Assembly: GCA_028716725.1 (NCBI GenBank)
Contig: JAQUPG010000002.1
Location: forward strand, 25,824-89,823
Source of the DNA: Patescibacteria group bacterium
GTDB taxonomy: Bacteria > Patescibacteriota > Patescibacteriia > Patescibacteriales > JAQTRU01
Length of the DNA: 64,000 bases
Direction: 5' to 3'
This document shows positions 17,506 to 27,199 of the stretch, piece by piece. Numbering within the stretch: the stretch's first letter is position 1; every line of letters begins with the position of its first letter. Made by a program: the position numbers and the translations under genes. The notes under the pieces were generated by a model that saw only the letters and a list, made by a program, of their open reading frames with translations, was not told the DNA's origin and searched no databases.

Positions 17506-18696
17506 CTAATACCTAGCACTCAACCCATAACACCCAATAACCCCTCCCCCTAAAACCTCATCTTTTCTGTAAAAAACCACGCTTTGCCCGGGGGTAATTG
17601 CCCTTTGCGGCTTTTTAAATTTTACAGAATATCTTCCTCTGTTGTTCTCCGCTTTTAGTTTTTCGATTTTACATTTTACTTGTTTGTGCCTGTACCTAAT
17701 TACCGCCTCGCAAGCCAGGGGCAGTTTGGGTTCTCGCCCGGCTATCCAATTAACATTATCCGCGACTAATTTATCATTACATAAAGCCGGGTCATCGCCA
17801 TCCTTCACCACATACAAAGTATTGGTTTTATAATCGCATTTGGCGACATAGAACGGGCCGATGCCGCCGATTTCCACCCCCCTCCTTTGGCCGATAGTGT
17901 AAAGCGGCAGGCCCTGATGTTCGCCCACTTTTTTACCATCTAAAGTTTTTATCGGACCTGATTTTAATTTAAGGTATCTTTTTAAAAAATCGTTATGGCT
18001 CTTGCCGGGGATAAAACAAATTTCCTGGCTTTCTTTTTTGGAGGCGACCGGCAGTTTAAATTTCCCGGCTATTTTTCTTACTTCTTCTTTTTTATAATCG
18101 CCCAGCGGGAAGAGCAGATGCCCCAATTGCCCTTGCGTTAAAGTCCAAAGAAAATATGACTGATCCTTATTTTTGTCTTTCGCCCGGAAAAGTCTGTACT
18201 GCCTGCCAGTTTTTTTCAAACGCACATAATGGCCGCTGGCGACATAATCAAACCCCAATTGCTTCGCCCGCTCAATCAGCAGGCCCAGTTTAACCAATTT
18301 ATTACAGCGGATACAGGGATTAGGAGTCCCGCCCTTCTTATATTCATTAAGAAAATAGTCAACCACTTCCTTTTTAAAAATATGGCTGAAATTCAAAGTG
18401 TAAAACGGCATATTGATATTGGAGCAAACCCGCCTCGCATCCATTAAGGCTTCAATTGAACAGCATTTATTTTCCGCTTCGCCCGCCTTTTCATCTTTCC
18501 AAAAATGCAAAAAAATTCCCAAAAGGTCACACCCCTGGTCTTTCAATAATTTTGCCGCCACCGAAGAATCCACCCCACCAGACATCGCTACAATTATGCG
18601 CTTTTTTTTATCGCCGCCCGCTTGCCCCGCAGAATCCCGAAGGGATTTGTGTGGGGACATCGCCACGATAATTTTTTTGTTTTCTTCTCCCGACAT
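17506..18696 (-). CDS. mnmA: tRNA-specific 2-thiouridylase MnmA
   Basis: PP-loop IIVAMSGGVDSSVAA, the CIRCN zinc/catalytic region and a C-terminal barrel. Confidence 0.85.
   Translation of the reverse strand: MSGEENKKIIVAMSPHKSLRDSAGQAGGDKKKRIIVAMSGGVDSSVAAKLLKDQGCDLLGIFLHFWKDEKAGEAENKCCSIEALMDARRVCSNINMPFYTLNFSHIFKKEVVDYFLNEYKKGGTPNPCIRCNKLVKLGLLIERAKQLGFDYVASGHYVRLKKTGRQYRLFRAKDKNKDQSYFLWTLTQGQLGHLLFPLGDYKKEEVRKIAGKFKLPVASKKESQEICFIPGKSHNDFLKRYLKLKSGPIKTLDGKKVGEHQGLPLYTIGQRRGVEIGGIGPFYVAKCDYKTNTLYVVKDGDDPALCNDKLVADNVNWIAGREPKLPLACEAVIRYRHKQVKCKIEKLKAENNRGRYSVKFKKPQRAITPGQSVVFYRKDEVLGGGVIGCYGLSARY
18621..18676. repeat. GC-rich hairpin element inserted in frame at the mnmA 5' end, flanked by an imperfect direct repeat
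   Basis: cccgcttgccccgcagaatcccgaagggatttgtgtgggg lies between attatcgtggcgatgtcc and ataattgtagcgatgtct (14/18 identical). The peptide IIVAMS is therefore encoded twice around a PHKSLRDSAGQAGGD linker. Confidence 0.5.
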
Positions 18697-18805
18697 AATT
18701 AAATTATATCTTTAATAATTTCATATTACAATACAAAGGACAGGGCAAAGCCCTGTCCCCGTAATTTTTATTTTATTATTTTATTTTTATATTATTTCAA
18801 TTTTT

Positions 18806-21319
18806 TTAATACAATCCCGGGAATTGCTGTTTAACTGCCTGGACGGCCTTATCATCGCCAGCTATGACTTCCAGCAAAGCTCCGACCGCTTCCCTGGCTT
18901 TATTATTTTCGCCTAATTTCTGATAAAGCAAAGCCAAACTATACAAGACATTGGCATGTTTCGGATTTAACTGATAAACGCTGTAAAAAATCTGTTCAGC
19001 CATAGCCAAATCATTGTTAGGGCTAACCGCTGCTCCGGCCGGCTGGTTTGACTCAACGCTTAATTCCTCGCCACCTTCTTCCTCGCTGCTGGTTATTTCT
19101 TCTTCAGTCAAGGCTTTGGTGGCGCTTTGCGACAGGTTAAGCTGGGAGACGCCACGGTTAAAATATAACCTGCCTAATTCAAAACGATAATCTATATTGT
19201 CTTTAACTAAAATTACCGCTTTCTTAAGTTCTTCAATCGCCGCATCATTATTGCCCAATTTTTCATAAGCAACCGCCTTGCCGTAATAAGCCGGCGCCAA
19301 ATCGTTTTTCTTCCCTATGGCCTCATCATATTTTTTTATAGCCTCGTTTACATAATACTCCTTTTCGGTTTTATCCTGTTCGGCGTTAGACCGAGCCATA
19401 TTTATTAAAGCAATGCGCAGAAACGGCGTCGGATTATCCGGCTCCAATTCTTCCACCTTGTTATAAAGATTCTCCGCCCATTCTAAAGCGCCTCTTGTAT
19501 AAAAACTGGCGTTCTCATATATCAGAGCCAAAGATTCTTCATCGGCCGCTTTGTTGGGGGAAATTTCCACGGCCCTTTTACCCATTTCAATCGCCTGGCT
19601 TAAATTATTTTCAATTTTCGTTTGGTCTCCCCCGGCACCAACCTCCTGGTTGGCCAAAATCATATAATTGCTGGCTAATTCCATATAATAACTGTCTTCA
19701 TAGGGAAATAAGGCCACTGCTTTCTTGAGCTCAACAATCTTGCCATTGGGATCCTCAATCGCCAAAGATTTTTTGGCATGGACTTCGGCCAGATACATTT
19801 TTACCCCCATGGTGAAAAGAACAACTACACCGGCGCTTACGCACAAGAATATAGCCGCTAAAGCCAGAGCGTATTTAGGCGAAGACCGGAAAGAAAGCAC
19901 CAGGGATTTAAATTTTTCCGGATAAAGCCGAATAGCGGAAGAAACCATAAAACAGGAAACCAGAACTGACCATAATATCAGGCTGTTATTTAAAGAAAAA
20001 AGCAGGGCGAAAATAATTATTACTATAAAACTGGAAAAGAGGGCTAAAATAATCGGCTGAAGTTCTTTATCGGTCATTTTCAGAAGCGTAAGAAAACAAA
20101 TGGACAGCGCTATCAAACCGACCACTATAAAAACCAGGGCTCCGACCACGCCAACGCTGGCCAGCAATTCGAAGATAATTCCGCTCCCGCTGTTAAAGCG
20201 GGCATTCCATAAAGGCGAAGCGTTAAAATCAGCCCCCTTAAACTTGGAAAAACTATAATAAAAAGTGGCCGGCCCGGAACCGAATATCGGATTTGCCCTT
20301 AAACTATTCTGGGCAATATCCCAGGAAGCGCTTCGGGAAAGACTCACTTCCGCCGGTAAATCTAAATTCATTGCATTAAAATTGCCTAAAACCAAAAAAA
20401 TTATAATAAGAAGAAAAACGGCCAAAGGAATAATTAAATTACTGCCCGAAACAGATATGATTTTAGCCAGAAAAAACATCAGGATAATCACTATCCCCAC
20501 TAAAGCGGCTGGCCAGAAAGTAAACCCGTTAAGAAGGACTAAAATAGTTAAATTCGCCAGGATTGTTGAAATAACCAAAATTTTCAAAAAAGCAGCGGCC
20601 GCCTTATTCAAGCGGGGGTGGATCTCTTTTATCTGGGAAGCCAGGATAATCAAGAACGGCAAGCAGGAAATGAGAAACATTGTCAATCCGGACGAAGAGC
20701 CAAGGGGGTTAAAACTTATTGTCTGCGTGAAGGGAAGGGGCAGAACGAAAAATCCCAATAATTGAAGCAAGGAATAGAAAGTCACGAGAGAAGAAGAAAT
20801 GATCAATGACCAAAATATTATTTTTATCCTTTTCGGGCTGATGTTGTTTGAAACCAAATAATAAAACAAGGAAAAAATAACTACGGCTGCCAGCCCTTTT
20901 GTTAAGTTTGTATAAACACCGATTAAGCTGTCTTTTGGGCTGACAGAAAGGATTGTGGCTATAATAAAAACCGCCACTAAAAGTAAAATTGGCCAATCAA
21001 GCGGCGTCCTTTTTAATTCCAACTCCCCTTCTAAAACCCCCTTTGTCACCCAGGCGACGGTAGCGGCCAGGACAAGAAAATAAAATAGCATTATTTTCTC
21101 AAAACCCAAGCCCGACAGCGCTTGGCCGGAAAAAAATAAAGGGCAAAGAAAAAATATCAGGACAATTAAACTGATAATAACAAAATCCAAAAGTTTAGTT
21201 GTCGATTTACCCTCCTCTTTCTTGGCCGCTCGCCCGAGCGACACTAAATTTTTCAATCCGGTCATAATTTTAATTTTAAAATTAATAATATTATTTTTCC
21301 AGCTCTTTAAAAACGTCAA
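18806..21319 (-). CDS. large polytopic membrane protein, O-antigen ligase/polymerase-like domain plus C-terminal TPR repeats
   Basis: 837 aa with about 12 TM helices, then tetratricopeptide-like repeats (AYYGKAVAYEKLGN...). Paralogous architecture to 41322..43610. Confidence 0.5.
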   Translation of the reverse strand: MTFLKSWKNNIINFKIKIMTGLKNLVSLGRAAKKEEGKSTTKLLDFVIISLIVLIFFLCPLFFSGQALSGLGFEKIMLFYFLVLAATVAWVTKGVLEGELELKRTPLDWPILLLVAVFIIATILSVSPKDSLIGVYTNLTKGLAAVVIFSLFYYLVSNNISPKRIKIIFWSLIISSSLVTFYSLLQLLGFFVLPLPFTQTISFNPLGSSSGLTMFLISCLPFLIILASQIKEIHPRLNKAAAAFLKILVISTILANLTILVLLNGFTFWPAALVGIVIILMFFLAKIISVSGSNLIIPLAVFLLIIIFLVLGNFNAMNLDLPAEVSLSRSASWDIAQNSLRANPIFGSGPATFYYSFSKFKGADFNASPLWNARFNSGSGIIFELLASVGVVGALVFIVVGLIALSICFLTLLKMTDKELQPIILALFSSFIVIIIFALLFSLNNSLILWSVLVSCFMVSSAIRLYPEKFKSLVLSFRSSPKYALALAAIFLCVSAGVVVLFTMGVKMYLAEVHAKKSLAIEDPNGKIVELKKAVALFPYEDSYYMELASNYMILANQEVGAGGDQTKIENNLSQAIEMGKRAVEISPNKAADEESLALIYENASFYTRGALEWAENLYNKVEELEPDNPTPFLRIALINMARSNAEQDKTEKEYYVNEAIKKYDEAIGKKNDLAPAYYGKAVAYEKLGNNDAAIEELKKAVILVKDNIDYRFELGRLYFNRGVSQLNLSQSATKALTEEEITSSEEEGGEELSVESNQPAGAAVSPNNDLAMAEQIFYSVYQLNPKHANVLYSLALLYQKLGENNKAREAVGALLEVIAGDDKAVQAVKQQFPGLY

Positions 21320-22475
21320 GATATTCTCCGGCCGCTTTCTGCCAGCTGAATTCTAAAACTTTCTTTTTCCCCCTTTCGATTAAATTGTTTCTGAGATTGC
21401 CGTCTGATAAAATTTTTCCTATCGCCCGGGCAATCTCCCCGCTTTTGTACGGGTCAACCAGCAAAGACGCCTCGCCCGCCACCTCAGGCAGGCTGGAAGA
21501 AAAACCGACTATTGTCGGCAGCCCGCAGGCCATAGCCTCTAGGGGCGGCAAACCAAAGCCTTCGTAAAACGAGGGGTAAACAAAAACCGAAGCTAAATTA
21601 TAAAGATAAACTTTATCCTCCCGGGGAATATAATTTAAAAATTTTATACCCTCCCGGTATTTTGATTCCTTCCATTCGTCCATAATCCCCGTTTCTTTCC
21701 AGCCCGCTCCGCCGGCTATCACTAATTCTACTTTCTCCTCCCCGAACCCGGTTTGCCTGAATTCGTTATAAGCTTTTATTAAACCGATAATATTTTTGCG
21801 TGGCTCCTGCGTCCCCAAAAATAAGATAAACTTATCTTCTAAATTATATTTTTTCTTAATCTCCTTAAGGGCCCCGTCATTTTTATCAACCGGCCTGAAT
21901 TCTTCAGCCACCCCGGAATAAATAGTTTTTACCTTATTCCCGTTAATCTCTCCCAGCTCTATTATATCATTTTTCGTATTTTCCGAAACGGCTATAATTT
22001 TATCGGATTCTCTTATCAATTTCTTAATGTTAATTATATAATGCCATAAGTTTCTCCGCGAGCTAAAAAAATTGGGATAGCGGAGAAAAGACAAGTCATG
22101 TACAGTTAATATTTTTCTCGCTTTAGGGGACAAGGAAATAAAATTAAGATTTGGCAGCCAAAAAATATCAACTCCGAGCATTTTATCAATCTTCGGGTGG
22201 CGCAGAGTTTTCTGGAATAAATAATTGAATATCTTATTGGGATAGCGGGTGCTGACTACTTCCGCATTGCCATTTTTAAATTCGGGCATTCTCCCGCTTA
22301 TATCCCGGCCGGAATTATAAAATAACTTATATTCATTCCTTTTGTCCTGGTCCAAAATCGCCTTAACTAAATTAAGCGTGTACTCTGACACGCCGCTATA
22401 TTCCCTCTCCATTAAAGTTCTTATATCAATGCCGATTTTCACCCCGTTAGAAATCTTCTTGTTTTCTTTCTCCAT
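21291..22475 (-). CDS. glycosyltransferase family 4
   Basis: C-terminal EGFGLPPLEAMACGLPTIV motif of GT4 (GT-B) enzymes. Confidence 0.8.
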   Translation of the reverse strand: MEKENKKISNGVKIGIDIRTLMEREYSGVSEYTLNLVKAILDQDKRNEYKLFYNSGRDISGRMPEFKNGNAEVVSTRYPNKIFNYLFQKTLRHPKIDKMLGVDIFWLPNLNFISLSPKARKILTVHDLSFLRYPNFFSSRRNLWHYIINIKKLIRESDKIIAVSENTKNDIIELGEINGNKVKTIYSGVAEEFRPVDKNDGALKEIKKKYNLEDKFILFLGTQEPRKNIIGLIKAYNEFRQTGFGEEKVELVIAGGAGWKETGIMDEWKESKYREGIKFLNYIPREDKVYLYNLASVFVYPSFYEGFGLPPLEAMACGLPTIVGFSSSLPEVAGEASLLVDPYKSGEIARAIGKILSDGNLRNNLIERGKKKVLEFSWQKAAGEYLDVFKELEK

Positions 22476-22580
22476 ATAATTTTTAATCTACCCTCCAAAG
22501 CTTTTCCCCGCCAATAATTTTACTATTCTTTCTAGCTAATTAAATTTCTAACGGGGTTCATATTTTTACGGGCCCCCTTC

Positions 22581-23687
22581 CTATTTTTCTTTAAACCTCC
22601 TGTATTCCTCCTCAATAAAACCTCTTAATTCTTTTTTGAATTTTTCCACAGAAAACCGCTCGGCCTGACGGCGAATTTCCGCCGGCTCCCACTTCTCGGA
22701 GCTAAAATTTTCTACGGCTTCGGCCACGGCCGCCGGTGTCTGCTCGTCAAAAAATATTCCGGTTTTCCATTCAACCACAGTTTCGGTGGCTCCGCCTTTG
22801 CGAAAAGCGATTATGGGCCGGCCGGAAGCCATGGCTTCTATAACGGTAATGCCGAAATCTTCTTCCTGCGGATTTAAAAATGCCCGGCAATGGCTGTATA
22901 ACTCCGCTTTGGCTTTATCGTCAACCCGTCCCAAAAACTCAATATTTTTGCTGCCGGCGGCAATCCCCTTTAACCTCTCCAAATCCACCCCGTCCCCAAA
23001 AATTTTAAGCTTTTTGCCTGAATTTTTAAACGCTTCCACGACAATATCTACCCGTTTATAGGGGGCCAGCCGGCCGCCGATTAAAAAATAGTCCTTGGGG
23101 CCGTCAGAAATATGGAAATTTTCAATCTCTACCGGCGGATAAATCACGGCCGAATCGCGCCGGTAATATTTTTTAATTCTTTTTTTTATGGTCCCGGAAT
23201 TGGCAATATAGGTATCTACCCGCTCCGCCGCCTGCTTATCCCAAACCCGAATATAATTTAAAATCAGAGAGATTATTTTTTTTAAATATTTATTGTACTT
23301 AAGCTCATTTATGTATTGGTGGGTATAATCCCAAAGATAGCGGGTCGGCGTATGGCAATAGCAAATATGCAAAGTGTCTATTGAAGTAATGACGCCTTTG
23401 GCAAAAGAGCTGGTGCCGGAAATGACTAAATCATATTCCCGCAAATCAAAAAATTCTACCGCCATGGGCATAAACGGCATATACCATTGGTAATGCTTTA
23501 TCCCGCCGGGAAGCTTTTGGATAATGGAAGTTTCTATCCGCCGGTTCTTAAAATATTTATCGGCGTTTTTCTTTTCGTAAAGCAAGGTATAAATCGGCGC
23601 CTCAGGAAACATCTCCGTCAATACCTTTAAAACTTTTTCCGCCCCTCCGTCTTGGGCCAGATGGTCATGAATTAAAGCTACGCGCAT
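22581..23687 (-). CDS. glycosyltransferase family 4
   Basis: EDFGITVIEAMASGRPIIAF motif. Confidence 0.8.
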   Translation of the reverse strand: MRVALIHDHLAQDGGAEKVLKVLTEMFPEAPIYTLLYEKKNADKYFKNRRIETSIIQKLPGGIKHYQWYMPFMPMAVEFFDLREYDLVISGTSSFAKGVITSIDTLHICYCHTPTRYLWDYTHQYINELKYNKYLKKIISLILNYIRVWDKQAAERVDTYIANSGTIKKRIKKYYRRDSAVIYPPVEIENFHISDGPKDYFLIGGRLAPYKRVDIVVEAFKNSGKKLKIFGDGVDLERLKGIAAGSKNIEFLGRVDDKAKAELYSHCRAFLNPQEEDFGITVIEAMASGRPIIAFRKGGATETVVEWKTGIFFDEQTPAAVAEAVENFSSEKWEPAEIRRQAERFSVEKFKKELRGFIEEEYRRFKEK

Positions 23688-23737
23688 TTTTACATTAATG
23701 GTTAATAGTTAAAAGTTAACTGTTAATTGTCATTACT

Positions 23738-25177
23738 TTATTCCGCTTTCCTCGGCCTTAAGATCGCCAGTGGCGTTCGCAGCAAAATAGATAAATCGAA
23801 CAAAAGCGACCAATTTTCAATATAATAAGTATCAAGCTTCACTTCGTCTTCAAAGCTTAAGTCGCTCCGGCCGGAAATCTGCGCTAAACCGGTAATTCCC
23901 GGCTTAATAGATAAAACTTTTTTGTGGTGCCGTTCATATTTGGCCACTTCGCGCGGCTGGTGCGGCCGGGGGCCGATTAAGCTCATACTGCCGAATAAAA
24001 CGTTAAAAAACTGCGGCAGCTCATCAAGGCTCCAGCGCCTTATAAATCTTCCCACTTTTGTTATCCTCGGATCCGCCGCGATTTTATAAACCGGGCCATC
24101 CTTGGTATTTTGTTTTTCTATAAGTTCCTTCTCAAACTTAACGGCTCTTTCGCTATTGGCATAATCTTCGCCGACGCAATACTGGATTGACATTGACCTG
24201 AATTTAAAAACCTTAAACACCCCGTTTTTGCTGACTCTTTCATTTTTGTAAATAACCGGCCCTCTTGATTCTAATTTTATGGCTAAGGCCGTAATAATCA
24301 AAATCGGGCTGAAAACAATAATGAAGAAAAGAGAAAAAATAATATCAAAAATCCTTTTAATAATCCGGCCCCAGCCTTCCAGGGGAGTTTTTTTAACTTC
24401 AACAATGGGTATGCCGGCGATTTCCACCACCTCGGTCTTTAAAACTTTTGTCCCCAAAAGATCAGCCGCGTACCTGAAAGTAATATGGTGCTCATCGGCA
24501 AAATCAAATAAACGCAGAATTTCTCCCTTAGTTAAATTCGGGTCGCTTTGGATTATTTCATCTATTTCCTCGCCTCTCTCCCGGCAGGTTTTTAAAAACT
24601 CGGCCAGCTCTTCAACCGCTTCAATGTTAAAATTACGCAAACGCTTTACAATTTCATAGCCGGACTTCTTATTGCGGAAAGACTCCCGGACTAAGGTGTC
24701 GGTCGTTTGGCTATTGCCGACCAAAACGATTTTATGGACGCCAATGCCGAAAGAAAAAAGAGTTCTCTGCAAACCCCGGATCAGAGCCCGGGAAAAGCTT
24801 ACGTAAAAAATAGCTAATATCCAGCCGGCTAAAACAATAAAACGGGAATCAAATAATTCCCGCCTGACAAAAATTAAAATTACTATTAGCATCAAACCGG
24901 TGGAACAAGCCAGCACGATTCGATAAAATTCTTTTACTAATCTCCGGGCGTCTTTTATGTTATAAAGCCCTGATAAAGCAAAAATAATTACCCACAAGAA
25001 AGAAATCAACAGGACTACTTTAAAATAAGAAGAAAAGGGTAAACTAAAAATAACCGGCCTTATTCCCGTGGTGAATTCGGAAAAACGGATATAGTAAGCG
25101 GAAATACCGGCTAAAACTACCATTAAAAAATCCAAGGGCACCAGTAAAAAAGTAAAAATTAATTCGCTACGCTTCAT
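23738..25177 (-). CDS. undecaprenyl-phosphate sugar phosphotransferase (WbaP/bacterial sugar transferase family)
   Basis: Four N-terminal TMs, then SLIGPRPHQP and KPGITGLAQISGRSDLSFEDEVKLD, motifs of the polyprenyl glycosylphosphotransferases. Confidence 0.85.
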   Translation of the reverse strand: MKRSELIFTFLLVPLDFLMVVLAGISAYYIRFSEFTTGIRPVIFSLPFSSYFKVVLLISFLWVIIFALSGLYNIKDARRLVKEFYRIVLACSTGLMLIVILIFVRRELFDSRFIVLAGWILAIFYVSFSRALIRGLQRTLFSFGIGVHKIVLVGNSQTTDTLVRESFRNKKSGYEIVKRLRNFNIEAVEELAEFLKTCRERGEEIDEIIQSDPNLTKGEILRLFDFADEHHITFRYAADLLGTKVLKTEVVEIAGIPIVEVKKTPLEGWGRIIKRIFDIIFSLFFIIVFSPILIITALAIKLESRGPVIYKNERVSKNGVFKVFKFRSMSIQYCVGEDYANSERAVKFEKELIEKQNTKDGPVYKIAADPRITKVGRFIRRWSLDELPQFFNVLFGSMSLIGPRPHQPREVAKYERHHKKVLSIKPGITGLAQISGRSDLSFEDEVKLDTYYIENWSLLFDLSILLRTPLAILRPRKAE

Positions 25178-25266
25178 AATGGATGGCGCATAACTTAAAT
25201 AACGTTTTAATTATAAAACGTTAATAGGCTACGCGGTTCGTATTATGCGAAAATAAATTCCACTAA

Positions 25267-25643
25267 TATCAGGGCAAGCTATAAGCCGGATTCTGTTTAA
25301 ATAGTCATCTATCTAGTTCCGAAGTTACCCTCGGAATCAAGCGAGCCACTTTTTTCCCGCTCAAATGCTTTAGCATTCTGGAGTGGGATTTGCTCTTGCT
25401 TCAGACAGGGTTTACCGCGTCACTCTGTTACCAGAGGACGATCCAAGTAGCGTAAATTAAACGGATATCCGAGATCAATTTACACACCCTGGAACTTTTC
25501 ACGTTTGGTCCCGATTGCTCGGGACTAGTATAGTCTCTGTGGCACTTTCCCTAAGATTACTCTTGGTGGGCATTACCCACTGCCTTTTTAATGAAGTCCG
25601 GACTTTCCTCCCGCCCAAATTTTTGGGCGATTGACTATCCACT
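25267..25643 (-). ncRNA. rnpB: RNase P RNA (bacterial type A)
   Basis: Minus-strand reading shows P4 5' strand AGGAAAGTCCGGAC, GGGTAATGCC, GTGCCACAGAGA and P4 3' strand ACAGAATCCGGCTTATAG. P1 pairs tcagggtaagt with agcttgccctga. The P3 hairpin is cgcccaaaaatttgggcg. Confidence 0.8.
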
Positions 25644-25858
25644 TACCCTGATATTATTGAAATTTAAAGGACTAATTATACGAATAACATAGCACTTGAT
25701 AACTTAAAAGTCAATAAATTTACTATATTATATTTAATTTTAGCCAAATTTACTAAAAATAAATAAATTAAAAACCTTGACAAATTATAAATTATATGAT
25801 ATAAAGGAATGTTCAACATGCACCTTCAAAACCGAGAAAAAAACAACGAAACTCAGAT

Positions 25859-26908
25859 ATGAGGAGGCTTGCCATGCAAATGGACATGCATTTTTACCTA
25901 ATATATTTTCTCGCCCGATTGTTAGGTTTTTGCGACAAAGATGCGAGGAAAATAGCTTACGCTTCTAACCATGTTGATTTTGCCGAGTGTAACAATCTGA
26001 TATACGCCGCCAAAATTTATATAAACATGGTTGGAACATCTCACCGGCCCCTAGATTTTAAAAAGCTTAGTGAAAGCAAAAATCGGTTCCGGCCCTGGAT
26101 ACCTTTTCATTTCCTACCGAGCATAAAGAACCTTATATGTGAAATGAATGGCGCATTGGTACAGCCGATGCTGGAATACGTTTTCTTACATAAGAACGAA
26201 CCGTATTTTTTGCATCTAGTTGGTGTTGTCCTGCACGTCCTCTGCGACTCCTACTCGCACTGGGGATTTATCGGACAAAACGATGAGAGAAACAGAATTG
26301 ATAATGGCTCTCTGAAAATCGTGAATCATAATACTTCAATCTTGGGACGACTCGTCGACGAATTGAAGACTTTTAAGGAAAAACTCCAAGGAACCATAGC
26401 CGAAAAAATGCCCGTAGGTCATAGCGCTATAGGCATGTGGGCTGATATTCCCTCGATTATCATCAGCTACAAAGCCGAGAACAGCGAAATAGAAATTATA
26501 AGGGACAATCCGAAAAACTTCCTTGAGGCGTCCCATCGGGTTTATAATTTCTTACTCCGGGTTCGGAAAGAGAGTCCTCAATATGGGCTGACAAATCCTG
26601 ACCAAAGTTGGGATGATGTAAGCGCCGAAATTGAAAAACTCATCTCCGACAAGTGCTCACTGGGAGAGCGCCTTAGCAAATGGCAGAAGTTGATAAACTC
26701 TGGAAAATACTTTCCTGCGACTAGCCGGGACAAACATCTCCTTTACGTTGCGGAAAGCTGGCGTCAGGATGAGTTGATAAAACAGCTTAACGCTGGTAAA
26801 GATCCCAACTCCTGCCATCCTCTCTTGTTTAACAGGGCTGCACGCATTCATGAAATGTTTGTTGAAAAGCAACTAAATGAATGCGGTTTAATCATCAGCG
26901 CAGCGTAA
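25859..26908 (+). CDS. hypothetical protein with His/Asp-rich motifs (HVLCDSYSHW), faintly like a Zn-dependent PLC/P1-nuclease fold
   Basis: 349-aa plus-strand ORF with GC (~44%) and codon usage slightly above background. No secure family assignment. Confidence 0.45.
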   Translation: MRRLAMQMDMHFYLIYFLARLLGFCDKDARKIAYASNHVDFAECNNLIYAAKIYINMVGTSHRPLDFKKLSESKNRFRPWIPFHFLPSIKNLICEMNGALVQPMLEYVFLHKNEPYFLHLVGVVLHVLCDSYSHWGFIGQNDERNRIDNGSLKIVNHNTSILGRLVDELKTFKEKLQGTIAEKMPVGHSAIGMWADIPSIIISYKAENSEIEIIRDNPKNFLEASHRVYNFLLRVRKESPQYGLTNPDQSWDDVSAEIEKLISDKCSLGERLSKWQKLINSGKYFPATSRDKHLLYVAESWRQDELIKQLNAGKDPNSCHPLLFNRAARIHEMFVEKQLNECGLIISAA

Positions 26909-26968
26909 TATCAACGGCGGAACTGCTAGTCAGTTCCGCCGTTTTCTTTTTTAAAAAAATCATTGACC

Positions 26969-27038
26969 CCACTTCGCCTCGCTATTGCTCGGAACTTCCT
27001 GCCTGCCGGCAGGCAGGCAAGGGGCGAGACGAAGCGAT
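26969..27038. repeat. nested GC-rich palindrome containing the 24-mer acttcctgcctgccggcaggcagg
   Basis: cttcgcctcgc ... cctgcctgccggcaggcagg ... gcgagacgaag. The 24-mer recurs exactly at 35819..35842. Confidence 0.6.
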
Positions 27039-27199
27039 GTGAAATCTAAAATTTTAAAACAGATTTACACATTTAGCCAGCGGGCGTGCCTAATTCTTGA
27101 CAATACTAAAAAAATACACTAACATAAAAAATCGCTCTTTTTATTTTTATCCTCCGAATTCAAAAAATTCACTGATATATCAACCGCAAGGAGCCGAAA

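Noticed and set aside
25777-25968. 63-aa ORF upstream of, and overlapping, the 349-aa plus-strand gene
   Set aside because: It is in a different frame, has no motif, and overlaps the start region of the longer ORF. Likely non-coding leader.
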